The notes beneath the pieces were generated by a model. It saw nothing but the letters and a program-made list of their open reading frames with translations, searched no databases and was not told the DNA's origin. From contig CBDDCX010000006.1 in assembly GCA_965226375.1 (NCBI GenBank), positions 64,001 through 128,000 of the forward strand: 64,000 nt of DNA. Direction: 5' to 3'. Position 1 is the first letter of the stretch. Every line of letters starts with the position of its first letter. A program made the position numbers and the translations under genes. This document shows, piece by piece, positions 20,651 through 29,985 of the stretch. The stretch comes from Longimicrobiales bacterium. GTDB lineage: Bacteria > Gemmatimonadota > Gemmatimonadetes > Longimicrobiales > Gaopeijiaceae.

Positions 20651-21586
20651 TTGCACCTCTTCCTGCTGATCCTCGGCCTTGTGGCCCTTTGGCAAGGTAC
20701 CGACTTCGCGCTGGTGGGCGCTCTCCGGATCAGTTCCCGTTACGGCGTCTCTCGGGGGTTCGTCGGGCTGACCGTCTTGGCCATCGGAACCGGACTGCCC
20801 GAGTTGGTGGTGGGAGTCGTCGGAGGCATGGAGCAGCTGGCCGGTGTCGAAGCGTCCGGCGTGGTGGTCGGCAACATGACCGGCAGTGTGGTTGCTCAGG
20901 GTGCCCTGGTGCTGGGTGTGTCCGGACTCTTCGCCTACCTGCGCTTCGCTCCCCGCATGATTCGACGGGACGGGGTCATCCTGTTGTTGGCGATCGGTCT
21001 GTTCGCTCTCGTGGGCATCGACGGCCGCATCACCCGAGCCGAAGGCGCCGTCCTGATCGTTGGATACGCCATCTACTTGGTCGCCCTCCTGCAGGCCGAG
21101 CGAAACGGGAAGTACGAGCCGGAGGCCGTAAAGGGGCGGCCCATCGTCGACTTCATGACGGTAGCGCTCGGCCTCGCGACGGTGGTCGTCGCCGCCCATG
21201 TGGTGGTCGTGAACGCCATCTCCATCGCGCAAGACTGGAACATCAGTCAGACCGTGATCGGCATCTTCCTGGTGGGAGCCGGTACCAGTCTTCCTGAGCT
21301 GGCCCTTTCGGTCCGCGCCGCTGCCAAGGGACAGTCGAGCATCTCGGTGGGGAACATCATCGGAAGCAATACCTTCGATCTCATGGTTCCAGTGGGAGCG
21401 AGTTCCGTGCTCTTTCCACTCACGGTGACCAAAGATGTGCTGATCATCGACGTGCCGGTCATGCTGATCGTGACGGCCACCGCGCTGTATTTCTTCATCC
21501 ATAAGAAGGGTCTGCAGAGGAAAGAAGCGATCGCGCTGCTCGTCATGTACGGGAGCTACATGATTCTGCGCTTGTTCATCGTTTAG
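20651..21586 (+). CDS. Calcium/sodium antiporter (CaCA/YrbG family)
   Basis: Alpha repeats GTGLPEL..GN and GTSLPEL..GNIIGSN. Confidence 0.9.
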   Translation: MHLFLLILGLVALWQGTDFALVGALRISSRYGVSRGFVGLTVLAIGTGLPELVVGVVGGMEQLAGVEASGVVVGNMTGSVVAQGALVLGVSGLFAYLRFAPRMIRRDGVILLLAIGLFALVGIDGRITRAEGAVLIVGYAIYLVALLQAERNGKYEPEAVKGRPIVDFMTVALGLATVVVAAHVVVVNAISIAQDWNISQTVIGIFLVGAGTSLPELALSVRAAAKGQSSISVGNIIGSNTFDLMVPVGASSVLFPLTVTKDVLIIDVPVMLIVTATALYFFIHKKGLQRKEAIALLVMYGSYMILRLFIV

Positions 21587-21659
21587 TCCCCTCGTCGCCC
21601 TTTCGGCGTGCGTCCCTAAAGGGATCAATACTCACCAGTCCCTGACGGTACTCCGCGTG

Positions 21660-22176
21660 CTAGAGGGTCCGCAATCCCTCGTAGTGTTCCCTCAAGGCGT
21701 CCCGCAGAACGTCCTCGAATGCGAGAAGCTCGAACTCGAGTTGGTCGGCCAGGGATTCGGCGAACGCAGTCCGATGGAAACAACGTGCGAACACCCTCGG
21801 CTCGGTGGCACGACTCCTCAATAGCATCGCGGCCCGGAAGTTGACCACCTCTTCCTCCGCGGCCAGCAGGTAAACCGGCGTGGCGCCGCCTTCACCCAGA
21901 ATCCGCTCCACCTCGGCCCACGTCCCCGGGTCCTCCAGCTCCCCGTCCACGGTGGAGTACGTCAGCGCATCCAAGGACACGTCCGCGGAGAACTTTCGGA
22001 CGCGCCGCGCTGCCGCCTCGTCCACGATTACGATGCGGTCCAGATCGGCGGCGGCCGTGACCCGTAGTAGCTCCAAAATGGTCTGCGCGAACCGGCCGAA
22101 TCCTCCAATGACCACGACGTCTCGGTCCCCGGTCTCCTGGAAGTGAGGGTGGAGGTGGCGCTCGTAGAGGTGTAGA
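21660..22176 (-). pseudogene. 3' fragment of NAD-binding/TrkA-N (RCK) domain protein
   Basis: VVVIGGFGRFAQTI Rossmann motif; 5' end replaced by unrelated DNA near 22177. Confidence 0.6.
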
Positions 22177-22320
22177 GTCCATCGCCGCCGGGGACAATGG
22201 GAACAGGCGGCGGCGGAGTTGGAGGCGGCCTTCCGTCTGAATCCTCGCGAGTACTTGAGCGCGCTCACTTTGGGCCAGATCTACGCCTATACGAAAGACT
22301 TCGCGCAGGCGATTTCACTT
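22177..22320 (+). pseudogene. TPR protein fragment
   Basis: GQWEQAAAELEAAFRLNPREYLSALTLGQIY is TPR-like; no start or end. Confidence 0.4.
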
Positions 22321-22429
22321 CGCCCCCAAAGCTCACCCCCGTACATAGACAAGGCCGTCCAGTACCTGAGTGCGGACGGGTCGAACGCCCGTGCCGTTCG
22401 GACTCGCTGGAACTACGGCCGAGGCGACG

Positions 22430-23824
22430 GGTCAAGTCCCGAGTTGTGTGTAAAAGTGAGAGGAAGCTCCTCGATGCTTCTGTTAGGCTGCCTTGGCGAC
22501 CTCCTTCGGTTCGAGAAGCGTGAGATCCAGGTAGCGACGTTCGCTCCAGGCCGCAGTAGTCCTTAGAGCAACCGCAGTGATGAGGCGGAGCGCGCTGGCT
22601 CGGTCGGGGAAGGCGCCGGCGCTCCGGATCCGACGCTTGATCTCGGTGTGCAGGCGCTCGAGGCTGTTCGTGGTGCGCAGTCGGGCCCAGTGGGGCTCGG
22701 GGAACGCGTAGAACTGGGTGGCGGCCGTGAAGCCCCGCTCAAGCACGTTGACTGCCTCGGGGAGCTCCTTGTGCCAGCGCGCCGTGATCTCGGCCAGGCG
22801 CTTCTTCGACTCAGCGAGCCCGGGGGCCCGGAAGACGGCGGCAACCTCGCGCGCCACACGCTTGCGCAGGCGATGCGGGACCTTGGCCAGCACGTTGCGT
22901 TGCAGGTGGACAGTACAGCGCTGGCAGCGCACCTCGGGCAGGAAGCGGCGCACCGCGGCTGCCAGGCCCGCGTGCTCATCCGCGATCACGAGCTGGACGC
23001 CGCTGAGACCACGCTCCAGGAGTTGCTCGAGGAGCTCCGACCAGCTGTTCTCCGATTCCTCAGGGCCCAGCGTGATGCCCAGGAGCCGGCGGTGGCCGTC
23101 CGGGCCCACGGCGTAGGCCACGAGCGCGCTCACGTTCTCGACCTTTCGGGCCCAGCGGGCATCGAGGAACGTCGCGTCCAGGTACAGGTAGGGGTGGGCC
23201 CCCTCGATGGGTGCACTCCGCAGCGTTTGCACGCCCTCGTCGAGCCGCTTCGCGACCCGGCTCACCGTCGAGCGTCCCACGCGCTCACCCATGAGTGCCT
23301 CGGTCACGTCGCCCATCTTGCGCTGCGACACGCCGCTCACGTAGGCCTCCACCATCATCGCATCGACTTCTTCACTCCTGCGCTGGTAGCGACCCATCAC
23401 GTCGGCGGGCGAGCCGCCTTCCCGGCTGCGCGGGACCGTCACGTCGATCTGACCCAGGCTCGTAAGCAGGCGCCTCAGATACGTCCCGTTCCTGTGGCCC
23501 TTCCGGCTGCCGACCCGCTCGAATCGTCGCGCTCCGACCATCGCCTTCAACTCCTCCTCCAACACCATCTCGAGCGTTAGCCGGATCGCGCCCTGAAACA
23601 GCGACTTCAAATCCTGACGCAGCTCGTCTTGCGTGGCCCGCTCAACTTCGACCATCTTTTCCATGAGGAAGCTCCTTGTTCCGGTTCCGACCTGCTCACG
23701 CAGGCCGGACTCCCGGGTTCATGTGATGATGAACAATTCACAAGGAGCTTCCTCTTTCTTTTCCGGGCTGTCCACCCTCCTCGGACGCCCTCACCCCCTT
23801 TTACACAATCTTAGTGACACTACC
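22430..23824 (-). mobile_element. IS256-family element, complete, 8-bp TSD AGGCGACG
   Basis: 26-bp imperfect IRs GGTCAAGTCCCGAGTTGTGTGTAAAA and GGTAGTGTCACTAAGATTGTGTAAAA; TSD at 22422-22429 and 23825-23832. Confidence 0.95.
22483..23664 (-). CDS. IS256 family (mutator) transposase
   Basis: RNGTYLR, VPRSREG, YLYLDATF, IADEHAGL, QRCTVHLQRN, RTTNSLERL. Confidence 0.95.
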   Translation of the reverse strand: MEKMVEVERATQDELRQDLKSLFQGAIRLTLEMVLEEELKAMVGARRFERVGSRKGHRNGTYLRRLLTSLGQIDVTVPRSREGGSPADVMGRYQRRSEEVDAMMVEAYVSGVSQRKMGDVTEALMGERVGRSTVSRVAKRLDEGVQTLRSAPIEGAHPYLYLDATFLDARWARKVENVSALVAYAVGPDGHRRLLGITLGPEESENSWSELLEQLLERGLSGVQLVIADEHAGLAAAVRRFLPEVRCQRCTVHLQRNVLAKVPHRLRKRVAREVAAVFRAPGLAESKKRLAEITARWHKELPEAVNVLERGFTAATQFYAFPEPHWARLRTTNSLERLHTEIKRRIRSAGAFPDRASALRLITAVALRTTAAWSERRYLDLTLLEPKEVAKAA

Positions 23825-24849
23825 AGGCGACGACCCGGCAAACCCCAAGTACGAGTTCCGCTGCGATGTCCACTACTGCTCGGGCGCCTGTATCGCCGTC
23901 CGACGTGACCTCTTCGAGAGCCTGGGCGGCTTTGATCTGCGCTTCGCCCCCATGTACTACGAGGATGTGGACCTTGCCTTCGCCGTCCGTGCCGGCGGCC
24001 GGCGGGTCGTATATCAACCCACGTGCGTCATCGTCCACTTCGAAGGCGGGACGGCCGGTACGGATACGGGAAGCGGCGGCAAACGGTATCAGATCCTCCA
24101 GCAGAAGACATTCGCGGAGAAGTGGGCGGCGGAACTCGGTGAGCAGCCGGCGCCCGGCTCCAACCCGGACGTGGCGCGGTATCGCCCGACGGGTCCCCAC
24201 GTGTTGATCATCGATTCCTATACCCCCCGACCCGACCGCGACGCAGGATCGCTGCGCATGCACAACCTGTGTACGATCCTGCCACGGCTGGGCTGTCACG
24301 TTTCCTTCCTGCCCGAAAACCGAGCGCAGGACGGCGACTATACGCGCTCCTTGCAAGATACAGGCGTGGAGGCGCTCTACCATCCGTACCTACCTTCCCT
24401 GGAGAGCCACCTGCAGGCGGCCGGCGACCGCTACCACACCGTGATCATGAGCCGCGTCGAGGTGGCGGCCGAGGTTGTGGACCTCGTCCGCCGTCACTGC
24501 CCCAAGGCCCACCGCGTGTTTGACACCGTTGATCTTCACTTCCTCCGTGAGGCACGGCGAGCCCTGACCGACGGACGCTCTGCCAAGGAAGTCGAGCGCC
24601 TGAAAGAGCAGGAACTTGCTGTGGCACGGGCCTGTGACCTGACGCTTGTCGTTAGCCCGGCCGAAAAAGACGTGCTCGCGCGCGAGGTGCCGGACGTTGC
24701 GGTCGAGATTCTCTCGCTCATCGTGCCCCCCGACCCGACGGAGACGCCCTTCGCCGATCGAAGCGGCATCCTGTTCATCGGCAACTTCCAGCACCCGCCG
24801 AACTGCGATGCGTTGGGACACTACCTGCGCGATATTCACCCGGCCGTGC

Positions 24850-25773
24850 TATCAGCGTGGGGCGCCGGCCAACCTCCACAGCGTACCGCAACACACCGAG
24901 GAGAAGCTCGGTAAACTCCCGCAAACCCACCAGCAGGCACTGGCAGTCCACGTCGGTGGCCGAGAGCACGAACAACCAGGATGGAGCATCCTGCGGTTCA
25001 TCTTGCTCGCTCGCAGGAGATGCGTCGCCCGGATCCGCAGCCGCGCGCGGCACCGCAGGATTGAAGAAGGTAGCGCCTCGAATGCCCTCGTCCAGGTCGG
25101 GGATCGACGTCGGATACAGGTGGATCGCGTCTTCGAGACTCGGCACCCGGAAGACTTTCGTTCGCCGGTCCAGCAGGCGCATCATGAGGCGCCTTCGCCA
25201 GCGGGTCCACACGGTCTGAGAGGCCATTCCCATCCAGGTATCGACCTGGGCAAGGGTCAATTGCGGTGCCAATCCGAGGAACGGATCGCTGGTTATGACG
25301 TGGCAACCGCGGTCCCGAAGCTGGCGCAAGAGCGCGTCCAGCGATTGGCGCGACAGCAGACGGTCCGCAGAGAGCAGGTAGCCTGAGAAGAGGAAAACGA
25401 GATCCGGCTCATGGGCGTCGACAGTGTCGAGAATGTCTCGCAGATTGGCGTAGACGGCTGCGGGAAACGGAAGCGTTGCACTGTTCTGGGCATAGAGATG
25501 CTCGGGGAGGAGCATCCGCGTGCCGTTGGCGAATTCCTGCCCGCGCAGTAATGATCTGGCGAGGCCAAGCTGCTCATAGTCCCTGTCCTTGGATAGGACA
25601 AACAACGATCGGGCGTCGTTATGCGTCTTCGGGGTCACGGTTGTCCCTACCTGCCGTCCGAGTCCTGACTTGCCGGCCAAAGTGGGCCGAGAGTGTATCT
25701 CAGCATCAACCGCAGTGCAAACGGTAACCGTCCGCCAGGGAGCGCTGTACAACCCAGTGTTGGCATCAGTCAC
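24850..25773 (-). pseudogene. Hypothetical protein, 3'-truncated by junction with the glycosyltransferase fragment
   Basis: ORF 24775..25773 looks protein-like (PDLVFLFSGYLL, TSDPFLGL) until about 24850. Confidence 0.45.
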
Positions 25774-25869
25774 TGTATGGGTGAAAATAAATACGATGAC
25801 GTATCATGGGGTGGCGTTTTCGGGCCTTTGGTTGGTATCTCGGATTCAACCAGGAGCCCGACGATGCCC

Positions 25870-26607
25870 GCGCCCTGGGGCACCGGAACCGGCGGGTCCA
25901 CCGCCATCTATGGCGCACAGCTCGAGCGGTTTACCCCCGCGGATTTCGAGCCGAGAGCGAACTTCCCTGACGTGCGGGACGCAAACCTTCCCGAACGATG
26001 GCCGATCACGTATGACGAGCTCGCCCCATACTACCGTCTGGCCGAAGCCATCTATCGCGTGCGCGGCACCCAGGATCCCTTGAACCCCGATCCCCAAGCT
26101 TCGCTCCTTCCCCCCCCCTCCCCTCAGCGAACGGGATCAAGTCTTCAACGACTCGTTCCGAAAGCTCGACTTGCACCCTTACCGATCCCATGTGGGGTTC
26201 GACTACAGCGCCGGGTGCAAGGAATGCCTTGACCTCTGTGTACGGGGGTGCAAGAGCGATGCGGCAACGTCGTGCCTGATGCCCGCACTCACGGTGCACG
26301 GAGCCCATATCTTACCGGACTGCGAGGTTGTGGAACTCGTCGCTGATCGCTCGCGCGTGAGCGCGGTTCGCGCGCGGTGGGACGGCGGGGAGGGCACGCT
26401 GTCAGCGAAGATCATCGTGCTCGCGGCAGGATCGCTCATGACGCCTATCCTTCTCTTGAACTCCCGATCACTGGCCTGGCCGGAGGGCCTTGCGAACCGC
26501 ACCGGACTGGTGGGTCGGAACCTGATGTTGCACGTCAGCGACATCCTGGCGATCGATCCACGCACCTGGTACCCCGACCAAGGTCCATCGCGCACGCTGA
26601 CCCTCAA
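25870..26607 (+). pseudogene. GMC-family oxidoreductase fragment
   Basis: GTGGSTAIYGAQLERF, WPITYDELAPYY, frameshift at C-run near 26110-26124, VLAAGSLMTPILLLNS, VGRNLMLH; cut by IS3. Confidence 0.75.
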
Positions 26608-26614
26608 CCCTCTC

Positions 26615-27911
26615 TGCCAACGTACGTGAGACACGGAGCACGCAAAGAATTAGAGTAGGGCGAAGGCAGAGAAAACGAACATGTTGGGACTGCGAGAGAG
26701 AATGGCAGAGAATGGTAGTGCCCCTGGAACCGGGGAGGCCAAGCGAAGCGCGGCAGCTCCTGCGGACCCGGAGGTAGTAGATAGGCCGCTACGGCGGCGG
26801 TTCAGTCCGTCGTACAAGCTGCGGATCGTCGAAGAAGCGGACCGGTGCACCGAGCCCGGCGAGGTGGGTCAAGTCCTGCGGCGAGAGGGCCTGTACTCGT
26901 CGCACCTGACGACGTGGCGCAAGGCGGCGCATAGCGGGTCGCTGAAGGCCCTGTCGAAGAAACGCGGCCGCAAGCCGGAGCGAAATCCGCTGGATGAGAA
27001 GGTACGCAAGCTGGAGCGGCGAAACGCACGGCTCGGGAATGAGCTCAGGAAGGCACACCTGATCATCGACGTGCAGGGAAAAGTTGCGGGGCTGCTGGGG
27101 ATAAGCCTCGACGACGGGACAAACTCTTGAAGGCGGCCGATGAGCTGGCTAAGCACGTCGGTGTAAAACCGGCGTGCGCGGCCCTCGAGGTCTCCCGATC
27201 GACGTTGTACCGTCGTCGAGGCCCATCAACCGGGCAACAGCAGCCCCGCCCGACGCCCGCCCGGGCATTGAGCGAGACGGAACGAGGCGAGGTCTTCGAC
27301 ACGCTGTGTTCGGAGCGGTTCGTGGACCGCTCACCCGCCGAGGTGGTGGCCACGCTGCTCGACGAAGAGGTCTACCTGTGCAGCGAACGCACGATGTATC
27401 GTGTTCTGGCCTCCGAGGTGCCGGTTCAGGAACGCCGGGCGCAGCGCACCCATCCCGAGTACAAGAAGCCCGAGTTGATGGCCACGGCGCCGAACCAGGT
27501 GTGGTCCTGGGATATCACGCGGCTGCTCGGGCCGAAGAAGTGGAGCTATTACTACCTCTACGTCATCATGGACATCTACAGCCGCTACGTCGTGGGCTGG
27601 ATGGTGGCGGACCGGGAGAACTCGGCCCTGGCCGGCCGGTTGATCCAGCAGAGCTGCCTGAAGCATGGCGTCCAGCCCCGGGTCCTGACCCTGCACTCGG
27701 ATCGGGGAGCTCCAATGACGAGCCAATGCACCGCTCAACTTCTCGCTGACCTCGGCGTGACCCGCTCGTTGAGCCGGCCTCAGGTGTCGGATGACAACCC
27801 GTTTTCCGAGGCTCAGTTCAAAACCTTGAAGTACCATCCCTCGTTTCCCGGACGGTTCGGGGATCAGGGCCAAGCCAAGACGTTCTGTCGATCGTTCTTC
27901 CGCTGGTACAA
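26615..27911 (+). mobile_element. IS3-family element copy 1, truncated in orfB
   Basis: IRL TGCCAACGTACGTGAGACA; orfA 26681..27130, orfB from 27127; matches copy 2 up to CGCTGGTACAA at 27911. Confidence 0.92.
26681..27130 (+). CDS. IS3 family transposase OrfA
   Basis: RRRFSPSYKLRIVEEADRC..LRREGLYSSHL HTH followed by a leucine zipper. Confidence 0.9.
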   Translation: MLGLRERMAENGSAPGTGEAKRSAAAPADPEVVDRPLRRRFSPSYKLRIVEEADRCTEPGEVGQVLRREGLYSSHLTTWRKAAHSGSLKALSKKRGRKPERNPLDEKVRKLERRNARLGNELRKAHLIIDVQGKVAGLLGISLDDGTNS

Positions 27912-28530
27912 CGGCAAGCTCGCTCGGCGTGTAGATGTAGGTCAGCTCACCATCGACGTGGAGATCAACCGAGGGAGCGTCGAACACATCAATCTGGGTG
28001 AAGGGAGGTACGCCCTCCTCTCCAGCCCACACGAAGCTGTCGGGTGTATCGCCGATCTCGAAGGTGATCGAAGCAGATGGAGCTTCCGTAGCATCGGGAC
28101 GAGCGATATTCGGTAGGATCGCTTCGACCGTTCGAACCGCTGCAAGCCGTTTGAGAATGCGTACATAACCGGTCTTCCCGGCACCATTCTCGCCGTAAAG
28201 AAGCGTCATGCGCGGGTGAAAAAGGATGTCCTGGTCCGCTGCGAGGGCGTTCACGTTGGCGACGTCGGAGAGTGCCGTTAGCCGAAGCGCCTTCTCAGGG
28301 TCTCCGGAATTGCCGTCGTGTTGGATCGCGGGCACGGATACGGGCTCACCTTCAGTGTCGACAAGCTCCTTTTCTCTTAGAAGAAGCTCGTAGAACGCCC
28401 TTATGACGTCCTCGCTCAGACCACGACGTGCATCGAGCACCGCAGCGACGAGCGAACGAACCCAGTGGTCGCGGGAGTTGGCCCAGTCGACTAGCAGGGT
28501 GATGCCAGATGTCTACTCATCATCAGTCAT
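27912..28530 (-). pseudogene. N-terminal fragment of SMC/RecF-like AAA ATPase (defence-island type)
   Basis: NVNAL, Walker A LYGENGAGKTGYVRILK, DVFD; premature TAG at 28513-28515; truncated by IS3 at 27911. Confidence 0.7.
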
Positions 28531-28534
28531 CGGC

Positions 28535-29125
28535 TCATGCCCACATGCGGGCGACGATCTTCTTCTTCTCGTCGCCAAGCGCATTCGCGTAGATGGCCGT
28601 GGTCTCCATCTTCGCGTGTCCAAGTACCTGTTGGAGCACGTTGAGCGGTACACCGGAGGCGATCGCAGCGAGCCCATAGCCATGCCGTAGACCCTTGGGG
28701 GATCGGTGCGGGCCGTCCTCAAGCCCGGCGGCTTCCATTATCTCCCTGATACGTCGCCATGCAGTCGTGCGGGAGTAATCCCAAAGGGGCCGGTTTTCTC
28801 TCTCGGTTCCTCGCGCTTCGCGGATACCGTGAACCATGTTCAGCACGTCGAGAAAATCCGGCGGTACAGGGACAGCGCGGTAGACTACCTTGCCGCGCTT
28901 TTTCAGGCTCCGGAACGTGATGGTCTCGGCGGTGAGGTCCCCGCGCTGCGGGGTGAGCTCCAAAGCTTCGCTGATCCGGCAACCTGTGTAATGGAGGGCA
29001 CCGCAAAGCGTGCGGGTCGGGCGGTATGCGATGGAGGCCGCTTCCATGAAGGCGCGGCGCTCGTCCTCGGTGAGGTAGAGGCGTTTGCCTTCGGGATCGA
29101 AAAGAGTAGGAATCCGGCCTGCCAT
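28535..29125 (-). CDS. Small tyrosine recombinase (catalytic domain only)
   Basis: TGCRISEA, PKGLRHGY, LGHAKMETTAIYA. Confidence 0.9.
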   Translation of the reverse strand: MAGRIPTLFDPEGKRLYLTEDERRAFMEAASIAYRPTRTLCGALHYTGCRISEALELTPQRGDLTAETITFRSLKKRGKVVYRAVPVPPDFLDVLNMVHGIREARGTERENRPLWDYSRTTAWRRIREIMEAAGLEDGPHRSPKGLRHGYGLAAIASGVPLNVLQQVLGHAKMETTAIYANALGDEKKKIVARMWA

Positions 29126-29186
29126 TGAAACACTTTAGCGCGTTTCGGTTTCACCGGCTACAGGTGGCGGGAGGGAATTAGGCCGT

Positions 29187-29516
29187 ATGGGGTATTGCCT
29201 TAAGTCCACCGCCCACTACATGTTGTGGTCATGGCGGTTCCGGCTTCTCAGCTCCGTGGCGGCGTGGACTATCCCCGTACGCGGCTGGAGCTGGACGAGT
29301 TCTTCCCCGACGATGCGGCATGCCTGGAGTACGTGGAGGGTCTGCGCTGGCCGGAAGGGTTTGTGTGCGTGGGCTGTGGCGGGTTGGGAGAGGTCTGGCG
29401 AGCATCGCGGGGGCGTCTCGTCTGCCCACACTGTCGAAGGCAGACCTCGGTGCTGGCGGGAACCGTGTTCCACCGCACGCGCTCGCCCCTGCGTCTGTGG
29501 TTTCTCGCTGCCTGGG
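29187..29516 (+). mobile_element. IS1595-family 5' fragment
   Basis: Matches the end of the 47459-48525 element (ATGGGGTATTGCCTTAAGTCCACCG...) up to CCTGGG at 29516. Confidence 0.9.
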
Positions 29517-29811
29517 GGGCGAGGGTCGGTGCTGATCGGCGAGTGCACATCAGACATCGGGGTGCATGTGCACCGAAACGCCATTTTCATGTGCGCGCCA
29601 GCGCTCCCTTATGTGGCTGGCTGTCTTACAGTTGCGGCACGGCCGCCGGAGCTGCGACGCCGCTCCGGAGCTTTCGGCCGTAGATGGGAGCGACCCCCCC
29701 TTTCGGGATGCCTCGATCGGCATCGGGGAGGGCTGGCATGTGCACGCCCATGCCACCCTCCCACGGGGGGTCGCTCCCAGCCATGGATCCCTACGGACTG
29801 CCTAGGGCATT

Positions 29812-29844
29812 TACGTAACTCATTTATTATGAATGAGTTACGTA
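29812..29844. repeat. AT-rich 13-bp perfect inverted repeat (possible att-associated site)
   Basis: TACGTAACTCATT-N7-AATGAGTTACGTA. Confidence 0.6.
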
Positions 29845-29985
29845 TTAGTCTACGGAGTTCGACCCCCCATTATGTCCACCGATTTGAACCCGATTTCCTT
29901 GGCCTCTCTTGGCCGTCAACGGACAACGGCCGCGAGTCGGCCCCGGATCGCCAGATCGCCATGCCGTAGTGGCACGCGGGCCGGC

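Larger units (their letters stand above)
22408..24850 (+). pseudogene. GT2/GT4 glycosyltransferase fragment interrupted by IS256 and truncated at both ends
   Basis: Removing the IS restores WNYGRGDDPANPKYEFRCDVHYCSGAC; then YYEDVDL, PDRDAGSLR, FIGNFQHPPN; breaks near 24850. Confidence 0.8.

Noticed and set aside
27127..28440. ORFs 27127..28116 and 27331..28440 as novel transposase or ATPase fusions
   Set aside because: Both simply read across the 27911 junction into the antisense of the other fragment.
29853..29882. tRNA or tmRNA 3' end (GTTCGAC...TCCACC)
   Set aside because: The T-stem does not pair and there is no cloverleaf or CCA end.
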